Shown one piece after another: positions 26,401-38,800 of a stretch of 64,000 bases of DNA (positions are counted from its first letter, which is position 1; every line of letters begins with the position of its first letter). The notes under the pieces are model-generated. The model was not told the DNA's origin and ran no database searches. It was given only the letters and a program-made list of their open reading frames with translations. The stretch comes from Octopus vulgaris (Eukaryota): the NCBI GenBank assembly GCA_951406725.2, contig OX597836.1, forward strand, positions 26,598,001 through 26,662,000. The letters are read 5' to 3'. Position numbers and translations under genes: made by a program.

Positions 26401-29400
26401 AAACTCCATAACTCATTTTAAAGAAATTATCTTTCTCTAATTGGTAGGTTAGTTGATGAAGTTGCTATTTTAAGAAAAGTTTTTTTTGTTTTTTTTTTGG
26501 TGGTGAATTTTCCTACAGCAAAAAATGTTTATGGCAAAATTTCCTATAACCTGCCAGAATAGGACGACACAGCAAAGGTATGTTGAGAAATAAAAATGGG
26601 GAACTCACTTCTTCTTGTATAGCCGGTGGTAGTGCAGCCAAGAACTCAGGATTCACCTCCAAATGACCCATACTACTGCTACTATTCTGAGCTTGTTGTT
26701 GAGCTCTCTGTTGGATGCGTTGCAATCGAAGCTGTTCTGCTATCACTTCTTGCCGAATGTTATCAGGTAAGGCCGCCAAAAATGATGGATCAACACCTTC
26801 AGGTAGTGATGGCTCTATAAATAGATAATGCATATATGTATATAGACATACATGTACGTACGTGCATGTGTGTGTGTGTGTGTGTGTGTGTACATGCATG
26901 CACACATACAAAGACAAAAAAACTGAAGCCTTTTACTGCAGGAATCAGATATATCTACTAAAAATATCATCAGCCTTAATTGTGGGAAGCAGTTCTGTGT
27001 CCTGATCTTTTCTTTTACTCATGAATGTCATGTTTGAAACTATGTGTTTGTACCTTGGGCAAGTGTCTTCTACTACAGCCCTGGTTTGACCAAGACTTTA
27101 GTGGAGTTCGTTGACAGAAAGCAAAAGAATCCTGCCATATATCTATCTATCTGTATTTTGGGATGCATGCGTCTGTGTGTCCCCTTCCACCACTTGACAG
27201 CTGCTATTGGTTTGTTTACATCCCTGTCACTTAGGCGTTCAGCAAAAAGAGACATAGTATAAGAATGAGGTGTAGGAGGAAGTGGGGGATGCAGGGGTCA
27301 GTTGTTAAACTAAATCCAGCATGGCCAGTATAGCAACTGAAACAAGATAAAAGATGTGTCAAGTTTACAGAGGCAATGTGACTTACAGAAAATATTCTGT
27401 TCTTTGATATCAGCGTTGCCTTACTGGCACGTGAAAAAAACATTCGAGCAAGGTTGTTGCCAGTGCTGCTGGACTGGCTCTTGCGCAGGTGGCACATAAA
27501 AAACACCATTTGAGCATGGCCATTGCCAGTACCACTTGACTGGCCCTTGTGCTGGTGGCATGTAAAAGCACCCGCTACACTCTCGGAATGGTTGGCATTA
27601 GGAAGGGCATCCAGCTGTAGAAACTCTGCCATATCAAGATCGGAGCCTGGTGCAGCCATCTGGTTCGCCAGCCCTCAGTCAAATTGTCCAACCCATGCTA
27701 GCATGGAAAGCGGACATTAAATGATGATAAACATCATTACCAGAATAACCATGACATTTAATTTCACAGTGAAAGGGTTAAAAAATGGGAAGTAAAAAGG
27801 GTTAAAAAGTGGGAAGTAAAAAGGGTTAAAAAACGGGAAGTAAAAAGGGTTAAAAAAAGGATTAAAAAATGGGAAGTAAAATTCAATATACATCAATAAA
27901 ATTTCAAAACAACTTAATGAACCAAAAGCCTCACCTCCTTGTTCTTGGTTTGCAGGTTGAGGTTGGTTAAAACTGACATCTGGACCATACGTACTTAATG
28001 GTCGATCAGTGACAGACACTATATTATTGCTTTCAGTGGTTGGTGTACTAGTAAAAACCGTAGCAGCCAATACATCGGTCATATTACTGAAGAAAAAATG
28101 AACAAGTTTTAATTACAAAATTATAAAACATTTGTCCTGACAACTTCCACTTATAATTTTCAATTGGCAACACAATCAAAACCAAAGAATACTCATTAGA
28201 AGATGGAAGAAAGAAATCCTAGAGGGTACTTACTTTGGTGTTAAGCTTGAAGTTAACTGTGGAATACTCATACCACTGGCCTGAGTTCGAATTGGCGTTG
28301 TCGGGTCAGTACTCGCTGTAAAACAGACAGAGGAAGAGTGAAATACGATATTTCCACTATCACAGATACCCACCCCACTCACACTAACTAAATGGATTCG
28401 ATACAACTAATTGAGAAGAACAGAAAAATAATCAACAGACAGGAAGAAAACAGTCTTAAAAGTCTGAAACAAACCAAGGTAACAACAGTAATGATGTTAA
28501 CCCTGCCCCCAACCTAAAGTGCAAAAATTGAGAAATGACAAGTCAGCACAGTTCAGTGATTCGAGTTGCATACATACACAGTGGAAGACACTTCTTGACA
28601 GTTCCCAACTTCAATGGAAGCAACGGTGGTGGTGGTGTAGTAGTAGTAGTAGTAGTAGTAATATGGGGGAGCATGCACTGTAACAGCACATCGTTGCATC
28701 CATCATCTGCTAGTGATTCCCCACTCCTGGCAGATGACACCTTTGCACCACTGCTAACCTATGGGTCTGTTTTGGGTAGCTGTTGCTGGTGACGGTTTTT
28801 GCAAGGTTGGGGTGCAAATCCTACCTCAACCTCTTTTAGTCACCTTTTACAATATGCAGAAGGAAATGTGGGGTCTATTCTTTGACATGCTGGTCCCCGA
28901 CACAATGCAATGGCAGTTCACTACATATTTTTTCTTATTCTAGCACCACAAGGTCAGCAATTTCAAGAGAGCAGGTTAGTGGATACCACTGGCTTTCCAG
29001 TACTTATTTCATCCACCACAAATGGATGTAAAACAAAAGCTGTTCTGGGCACGATTTGAACTCAGAAACAGAAGGAGCTGGCACAAACGCCACTAAGCAT
29101 TTTGTATGATGAGCGAGCAATTCTGCCAGCTCACCACCTTAATAATAATAATAATAATCCTATTATAGACACAAGGCCTGAAATTTGGCAGGAGGGGACC
29201 AGTCAAGTAAATCAACTGGCGTTTAATTTATCAACCCTAAAAGGATGAAAGGCAAAGTCGACCTTGGCAGAATTTGAACTCAGAATGTAGCAATGGGCAA
29301 AATACTGCTAAGCGTTTCATCTGGCATGCTAATGTTTCTGCCAACTCGCCACATTAATAATAATGATTTAAAATTTCCATTGTTTTTCATGGTTGAATAT

Positions 29401-32400
29401 GGTAGCTGTAGAAACAATCGCACCAACAAATATGCCATCCCACTCACATTGAACTTAAAAATCAAAAATCAATAACCTTATATTACTGGTGTGTTACTTA
29501 CCCATGCCTGTATAATGCAAGCTGACAGGAGTATTGGCAGCAGTAGTAGTAGTTGTCGTTGTGGTGGTGGTGGTTGTTGGCAACCCTAAAACATCAGGCA
29601 TTGCACCAAAAACAACTGAAGACGAAGCACTGAGGTCTATTGATGTGCTCTCTGGAACGAAGCCAGTGCTGGATTTCTCTTCAGCATCGGAACTCTGCCT
29701 CAAAACCGGTTGAAAAGAGACAGCTCCTGCATCTTGGCTACTGCTGGCTGCAGCACCATCTTGAGGTGCAGTCGCTGCACTGCTATAAGAAGTTACCATC
29801 ACTTCCATTGGAGTCTCGTCTTCCATGTTGGAATTTTTGTTTCTTGTGGTCCTGAGGAGGGAAAACAAAGTTTGAAACATTTCCAAAGAGAATGAGAGAG
29901 TGTGTGCACAATAGTGAGTGAGTGAGTGAGTGAGTGTGTAATTAATTCAGGAATTTCAGGGCTTTGAGGAGTACGGAATCATTCCTCAGCTACTAGTGTT
30001 ACCAGGTCTACTCTGACCTGGAGTGGTAGCACCTCTCAGGGTCCCAGCTATGAGTTAATTAGGATATTAGGGCTTGCCTATTTCTGCATGTGAAGACTGG
30101 GTCTGGCAGACTCTGCAAGAGACTTTGTGGTTCAACGGAGGGGCAAGTGGCTGTTGCAATGCATTGTGGGGTGCAGAGAGCAAGATGAGGCAAGTAAGGC
30201 ATCTTGGTCGTCCACTGCATCCGTCACCATCGCCAATCATCTTGACTTGGTCTTGCCACTGGATTGAAGATGGTCACAGGCAAGACAATGAAGTTGATGG
30301 TGCACAACACTTCTTCACTTCAAAGTCACAGTACAAGTCATCTGTCATCCTTAACCCTTTAGCGTTTAAACCAGCCATGTCCAGTCAAGATTTTCTACCG
30401 GGTTTTTATCTCACCCAAATATATTCTCAAAATAAAATCATGTCATTGAAATCTCAAAGGTACCAGATGATGCATGACCAATTCAAATCAATGTGAATAA
30501 ACAAGCATTACATTTGACAGAGAAATCTGAATGCTAAAGGGCTGTGGGTGACCAAGATGGTCCTCATCGCTCTGGCAGATGGACGTGTGCAAGTCACACA
30601 ATTAGTGAGCATTGTAATAATTACAGTTCATGCCACTAGTCTATCCCTGCTAAACATTTTAATGTCCTGGGTTAGACTGCCATAAATACATAATTGATGA
30701 AGTGAATTAATAATATGTGATGGTATAAGGCCTAGTGGTTAGGGTGCTGGTCTCACAATCACCAGATTGTAGGTTCAATTCCCAGACTGGATGGTACGTT
30801 GTGTTCTTGAGCAAAACACGTATTTCATGTTGTTCTCGTCCACTCAGCTGTAAATGGATCGCCCTGCAACAGACCAGCCTTCTATTCAGGGTGAATGTTG
30901 GCCTGCTCACCTAACTAGTGGGGTGGCATCATTCAAAAGCTAAAAACAATGCAAAGCGCACTGTGACCAGCGATGTATAACATCTGACAGTTTGATCATG
31001 TGATCACATTATTAACATACAGCAATTTTAGGCTACATTGTTCATTATGAGTTTGTCCCCCTTTTTTTTTTTCATAAGAAACAAGGAACTGCACAAAATA
31101 TTAATGTGATACGTACAGACGCGTCTGTAATGAAGGTACTGGTGCCCTAGGGGTGTTGATTGGGATTGGCTGAGGGGGCGTGGAGAATGACTCAGCCAAA
31201 ACCTGACCAGCCGTACACAAAAGTCCAATTCCATCTGAAGTGCTTGAAGCTGCTGGCTGTGCTGCACTGTCCCCTGTTGGAAGAGGAACACTGCTTGTCA
31301 CAGTAGAGAAATCAGACTTCTCCTCTGAAGATGGCTGGTTTCCAGGAGGGGTCCAGGTAGCACCCTGCTCTGATAGTTCAGCCTCCATAGCAGAACTCTG
31401 ACTTTCTGTAGTGACACCTAAAATAAAGGAGAAAAAATATATATTTATCCATACAAAAGATGAAAATACATGAAAACAACATAATCCTAATATTACTTCT
31501 AAAAGAGAAAATTGGAAGAAGCATCATCATCATCATCATCATCGTTTAACATCCGTTTTCCATGCTAGCACGGGTTGGACGGTTCGACCGGGGTCTGGGA
31601 AGCCAGGAGGCTGCAGCAGGCTTCAGTCTGATCTGGCAGTGTTTCTACAGCTGGATGCCCTTCCTAACGCCAACCACTCCGCAAGTGTAGTGGGTGCTTT
31701 TTACGTGCCACCGGCACAGAAGCCAGTCGAGGCAGCGCTGGCATCGGCCACGTTCGGATGGTGCTTTTTATGTGCCACCGGCACAGGTATCACAACTACT
31801 ATTTCCATTGATATTTATTTCGATGTTCATGTACTTGACTCAATAGGTCTCCTTTGAATGGGCAAAAAAATTTTTAAAAGGTGGGGGAGGGGGAATAAAT
31901 GTATAGACTGATACACAATCTAGAAAATAGTGACTGCTTTGTTTGTCATTAAGTCTGACAATCTCTTTGAAATGTAAATGTCTTCACCCTTTAGCAATCA
32001 AGTTAATCTTTCAAATGTAATGCTTCTTTATTCACATTTGAATTAATCGTTCTTTATCTTCTAGCATCAAGATTTCAATGATGTGATTGCTTATTTTTAG
32101 AAAGACATTGTAGGGTAGGTGTGAGAGGCCAGATTTGGTTGATTTTAATATAAAACAGGGAGAATACTTGGGCCTGATATGGCTAGTTTATGTTCTGAAG
32201 GGTGAACATGTGAAAGTGTGTGGTTAAGTGGTTATGGTATTCAGCTCACGATCATATGGTCACAAGTTCGATTCCAGGCAGTACCTTGAGTCCTTGAGCA
32301 GGACATTTTATTTCATATTCACATTGCTTCAGTCCACTCAGCTGGCAAAAATGAGTTGTACTCGTATTTCAAAGGGCCAGCCTTGTCCCATTTTGAGTCA

Positions 32401-32800
32401 TGCTGAATCTCCCCAAGAACTACATTAATGGTATATTTATCTGTGGAGTACTTGGCTGCTTGCATGTTAACTTCATGAGCAGGATGTTCCATTGATCGGA
32501 TCACAGAGTGCCAGTTTTTAACAGATGAAAGCACTCAATCTACCTTAAATCTAGAAACTTAACTGCTAGAATTACATGAAAATATGCTAAAAAATAAAAT
32601 ATATATTCTAAGCAGGGATAGCGGAGGAGTGGCTGTGTGGTAAGTAGCTTGCTAATCAACCACATGGTTCCGGGTTCAGTCCCACTGCATGGCATCTTGG
32701 GCAAGTGTCTTCTGCTGTAGCCCCAGGCTGACCAATGCCTTGTGAGTGGATTTGGTAGACGGAAACTGAAAGAAGCCTGTGGTATATATGTATGTATGTA

Positions 32801-32874
<74 letters not shown>

Positions 32875-35800
32875 CCTAGCATTGCTTGACAACCGATGTT
32901 GGTGTGTTTACGTCCCCGTCACTTAGCGGTTCGGCAAAAGAGACCGATAGAATAAGTACTGGGCTTACAAAGAATAAGTCCCGGGGTCGATTTGCTCGAC
33001 TAAAGCCGGTGCTGCAGCATGGCCGCAGTCAAATGACTGAAACAAGTAAAAGAGTAAAGGGAAATGGTGAGAACAGATATAAGTAATAAGAACATACCAA
33101 GACCAAATAGTGGTACTACAGTTAAATAACATTGAGCATCACCATGTTTATGTATTTTGGAAATTGGAGAGAAAGAAAAACCTACCAACCTGTAGGAGTA
33201 CTAGTGTTTTCTTTCCCAGGAATAGTTCCTAAATTTGATGTCAAAACAGGAGTGGCGGCAGCTGCTTCGTTACCACTTCCTCCCTGTGAAGATACCTGAA
33301 ACACACAAAAGAGAAATTCATTTTAGAATCAAACAAAAACAGAAGTAGTTATCCCCCTGCCTCCACCCCACTCGTAATATTTGGGGAGATGTGTGTTAAT
33401 CCAGCAGATGTACAAACCATAACTATTTCATCTTTATCTTGGACAGCCGGCGGGACATAAAATGGAAATCTCTAGTGTTGGGCCTCACAGACAATGACAA
33501 ATGACCAAGACCTTTGGCAGTATGGTATGCTTGAGTAGAAAAGCCATCAAGCCAAGTGAAATTGTAGCCGCGCAACTGGCACCCGTGCTGGTGGCATGTA
33601 AAAGCACCTATTACACTCAGAGTGGTGGGCGTTAGGAAGGGCATCCAGCCATAGAAACTCTGCCAAATTAGACTGGAGTCTGGCGCAGCCCCTCAGCTTA
33701 CCAGTCCTGGTCAAACAGTGTCCAACCCATGCCAGTTCAATGATGAGGATTGTGCTTTTCTCTCTCCCACAAAGAGAGATACAAACATGGCTATGTTGTG
33801 AAGAAGTTTACATCCCAATCACATGATTTCAGGTTCAATCCCACTGCACAGCAGCACCTTGGGTTAAGTGCCCCATGCCAAACACTTGGGTAGACAGAAG
33901 CCGAAAGAAGCCTAGCATGTGCAGGTATGCCCATCTGACCCTTGCATGCATGGAAAAGTGGATGTTAAAATAATGATTTGCTCTATCCATTTTTGAAGGT
34001 AGGGAGTAATTTGAAGGAAATTTGGTACTGCAAAGTATCAGAAGGTTGGGTTATACATCTTTATTTCCTCTCAGTTCTCTTCTGACCCCCCTACCATTTT
34101 GCTGTTGTATGTCTTGCAGCGTATACTACTGCTACGGGCATGAGAGAAGACTAAAAGTTATCTTCTATATGTTGTGCATTTAATTTATGTCAAGTTTTAT
34201 ATGGCTAGATATAGTTAATCATCATCATCATCATCGTTTAACATCCGTTTTCCGCGCTAGCACGGGTTGGACGGTTCGACCGGAATCTGGGAAGCCGGGG
34301 CTGCACCAGGCTCCAGTCTGATCTGGCAGTGTTTCTACAGCTGGATGCCCTTCCTAACGCCAACCACTCCACGAGTGTAGTGGGTGCTTTTTACGTGCCA
34401 CCTGCACAGGTGCCGGGGGTGGGGATGGGGGGGTCTGGCATCGGCCACGATCGGTTGGTGCTTTTAACGTGCCACCAAGTCAGAATAAAAGCTGAAATGG
34501 TTACTGGTGGAATGCTAGATCATAAGGGTTGGCCTATCCGATAAGAGTTGGCCTTGGGATAAACATCAGTTTAGAAATTCTAACAACTTGCCTCCATGTT
34601 TGAAGTTGGAGCTTCAGTCTTTTTCTCAGCATTAGCACTGTCATACTTCGTTTCTTCCGTTTTGCTTTGAGCAGCTTTCTGGGCAGCTTCCTCTTCGGCT
34701 GCTTTTCGCCGTTTTTCTCGGCGTTCCTCTAATTCCATGTTGCGATGTTTCTCCAATACGTCAATTATCTGACTCTTCAAAACTGTAGTTACAAAAAAAA
34801 ACAAAAAGAAAAAAATTATTGAATAGAAAATAAAACTATGAAAATAGTCATTATCTTAACCCTTTCGTTACTGAATTTATTTTGAAATGCTCAGTGTTTC
34901 TTCCAATTATTTTAAATATAATAAAGAATTAAGTAAAATAACATCGTTATCATTAAGCTAGAGTTAGGGATGTAAATTATGACTCAGGTTTGGTGGAAGA
35001 TTTTAATTCAGAACTTTTGAAAACCAGACATTTGTACTAAAGAGCCAGAGCCGGTTTCAGCCGGGTTGGTAACGAAAGGTTTAATATCTGAGAATTTGAT
35101 CCAATAGATTTTTGAACAGCCAAGGGCAACCTGCAGCCCTCAGAACTTTCTGAATGGCATGCCCAATGAAAACTCCTCAATTTTTTTTTTTTTTAGTAGT
35201 ATGGCCCTCCTAATTGATAAGGCTGCTAATAGATGCCCTGTCTTTATTAGATTAACTTCGTGTTATTACATTTTTTTTTTTTTTAAACCAAAACTATTTA
35301 CAAAATTGGAAATCAGAATCAAAGTCCTTCAAAACATTGTCTTGCAATGAGACTGGAACCATTGTCATGGTACCATTCCACTTGTGAACATAATTGATAA
35401 GGCTGTGTCTAATGTGACCCAATTCTCAAAAATGGTCGCCCATGCTGGTTTTGTCGTATTTGCAGGTCGCTTATGATATCATGACAACCTCTAAGTTGTG
35501 ATTTCTAAACCCACTTCCGTATAGCAAACAGCCTAACCTGCAAGGCACAGGACTGCAATTTCTCTCATCTAAGCCATAAAAAAAAAAAAAGGAAAGAAAA
35601 CAAAAATACACACAAATGGTGTGTGTGTGTATACACATTGAAAATAAAAGTACAGAATAAAATTACAGAATGAACTTACTGGTCACACAATCATGTACAC
35701 TATCACCATCAAGCACCTTGGCTTCTTCAGTCCAACGTGTGAGTGTTGAGGGAATACAAGAAAGGACACCGGGACCGGCAGAACTATTGTCAGGGTAATT

Positions 35801-38800
35801 ATCCTGAAGACACGAAATATGAGAACATTTAAAGCTACATCATTAATAATACAACTTGCAATAAATCGAGAGAATCAGAAAGATAAATTGAAATGGTGTG
35901 TATTAACTGAGGGAGGGGTGGTTTTTTTTTTTTTTCCGTATGTTGATGTTGACAATTCATCTATGATGTTGGTATAAGTCTTTTAAGGCGGCGAGCTGGC
36001 AGATACGTTAGCACGCCGGGCGAAATGCTTAGCCATATTTCGTCTGCCGTTACGTTCTGAGTTCAAATTCTGCCAAGGTTGACTTTGCCTTTCATCCTTT
36101 CGGGGTCGATTAAATAAGTACCAGTTACGCACTGGGATCGATATAATCGACTTAATCCGTGTGTCTGTCCTTGTTTGTTCTCTCTGTGTTTAGCCCCTTG
36201 TGGGTAGTAAAGAAATAGGTATAAGTCTTGGTCAATTTATTTGTGATGAAGACCAGCAATTGCCCATACCATACTTTTTAAGTCTTTTCTCTATGCACCA
36301 CATATTTATCCCAGAGAGGAGGCCACCAACTTGCTATGATGCAACTCGGCTGAATCAGTGTTGTAGCAAGTTGTTACAGTCAAAACTAAAACAGCTTGAA
36401 CAAATACCACAAAGCAATCAAGCCCCCCACCTCACCCCAACAGTTCTACTAATCCACCAACGTGGATTGGCACATGTTTTTATATCAACCCACAAAAGGA
36501 TGAAAAGTAACCTTTATGGGATTTGATCTGAGCTCAGAGAGTCAGAATAAATCAAGGCATTCTATCCAACTTTGCCAATTCGCTACTTTTGCTTATTAAT
36601 TAATTACAATTGTACACTAATTATTACAGTACAAATAATTACAGTCCTATGTTAATTGATTACAATTGTATATTAATTGTATGTTAATTACAATTGTATA
36701 TCAGTTGCTACGATTATATTTAAATTATTACAACCATACTAATTGTTACGGTACAGTAATTAGCTATATATTAATTGTATGTTAGTTGATTACAATTGTA
36801 TATTAGATTATATGTTAATTATTACAACTGTATACTAATTGCTAGTTAATTATTGCAATTAATTGCAGAAGGATAACGTTTTAGCTCATGAATTTAGTGG
36901 TCAGTATTGTTGGGTGGCAGAGGTTATATTGTAGGAATCCGGAAGCGAGGACGAACCCAATGAACAAGACAAACCATAACTATACCTGAAACAATTCATC
37001 AAAGACATCTTCATCTTGGCGCGAAGAAACAAACCGCAGGTGATCTTCATTAGCTAAAACCATTCTTGCCTGTGAGGGGACTGCTCCTTGACCAGTTGTC
37101 AGCTGTAGAACGTCTGGCCCTAGTAATCTAGAAAAGGAAAAAATTATACATTAGTGAGAACAAAAATGAAGGAGAGAGAGAGAATGTGACTGTATGTATG
37201 TATGTATGTATTGTCTATACTGACTTTTTTGTGTGTGGGCGGTCTTGTGTCATGAACAACAGATGAGGGTTCTGCAACAACCTGCATAAATGATTTTTTT
37301 AATAGTGATCAAATGAGTGTGCTTGTACTATTAGCTCTCATTTCCTCATTTCAAATTGATATTGCCTGTACAGTGATCACAGTGCAATGTCAAACGAAAT
37401 GATTCTGCTCAAGAACACAATGCATCATCCAGTCTGAGAACTGAAACAAGGATCATGAGTGCAACACCCTAACTATTAGGGGCCATACACATTGACATTT
37501 ACACAAAATAAGATTCCTACAAGCTAAATCTAAGTAAACAAGGAATCCAAAGATAGGTAGAAATTGAGGGAGAAAGAGGGGTTATAACTGAATTTATGTG
37601 GATTTAATTTATTGAGCCACAGCAAATGACAAGTAGTCACAGAAGAACATCAAATGAGAACATAAGGTGGGGAAACTTAAATACCACAGGGTATTTTGTC
37701 ATCCACAGCCCTGTAAGTGTTAAAATATATAGGTATGAACCCTGTCCCACACTTTCAAGGGATGAAGAAATGGTAAACTAATGTTATTGACTCCTTTTTC
37801 AGACTCCATCCAGTGGCAAAAGCAAAAAGAAAATATACCTGAAGTTTTCAATCCAAACTCTAAAAACTAAATTAGGGGATCGTTAGCTTTTATCAAATAA
37901 AGATGACATTTATTTGGGGTACAAATAAACTCAACAGCTGCCAAATCTCCCTCAAATCACACACTATCTTTAAAAAACACACATTGGATAATATAGTCTG
38001 AATACAAGACAGGGTTATCATGTCAGAAATATATTTCTTTACTGCCCACAAGGGGCTAAACATAGAGGAGACAAACAAGGACAGACAAAGGGATTAAGTC
38101 GATTACATCGACCCCAGTGCGTAACTGGTACTTTATTTATCGACCCCGAAAGGATGAAGGGCAAAGTCGACCTCGGCGGAATTTGAACTCAGAACATAAC
38201 GGCAGACGAAATACGGCTACGCATCTCGCCCGGCGTGCTAACGATTCTGCCAGCTCGCCGCCTTATGTCATGTCAGAAATAGCTTATTCTAGACCTGCTA
38301 CATCAAGCTTCACCTACAATTAAAACAGAAAAAATAATGGTCATATAGAGAGTTCACCTTTGTAATATAACTGGTGTGTTTGGTTGTCTGTTGTTAGCAC
38401 TGTGGATATTAACTTGTAATGTTGAGGTGCTTGGGTTAAAGCGATATGTATTACGCTGCCTGTTGCCACGATGAACGCGGGCCACACCCATCACTGGAGC
38501 TGGTTCAGGGTTACGGACCAAAAGTGGATGGGTTGTAGGCACAGAACTGGGAGCAGGTGGCAAAGAAGGAACTGAAAAACAGCACAAGTTCATTAACAAC
38601 AATAGCAGTAAGTTGGAAACAGGAAAAGTATACACAACAAATTTTCACACTTCTTTTTTTTTTCTGACCTTTATAAACTAAAGCAATGCCTTAAAAAATT
38701 TATTACTGCTTTATTATTAAGTACACTATTGTAACAGGAACAGTAACATTTAACCCTTCAGCATTCAGATTACTGTCAAATGCAATGCTTATTTATTCAT

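Noticed and set aside
27771-27880. Interstitial telomeric repeat
   Set aside because: Contains GGGTTA but in a 23-bp unit, not tandem TTAGGG.
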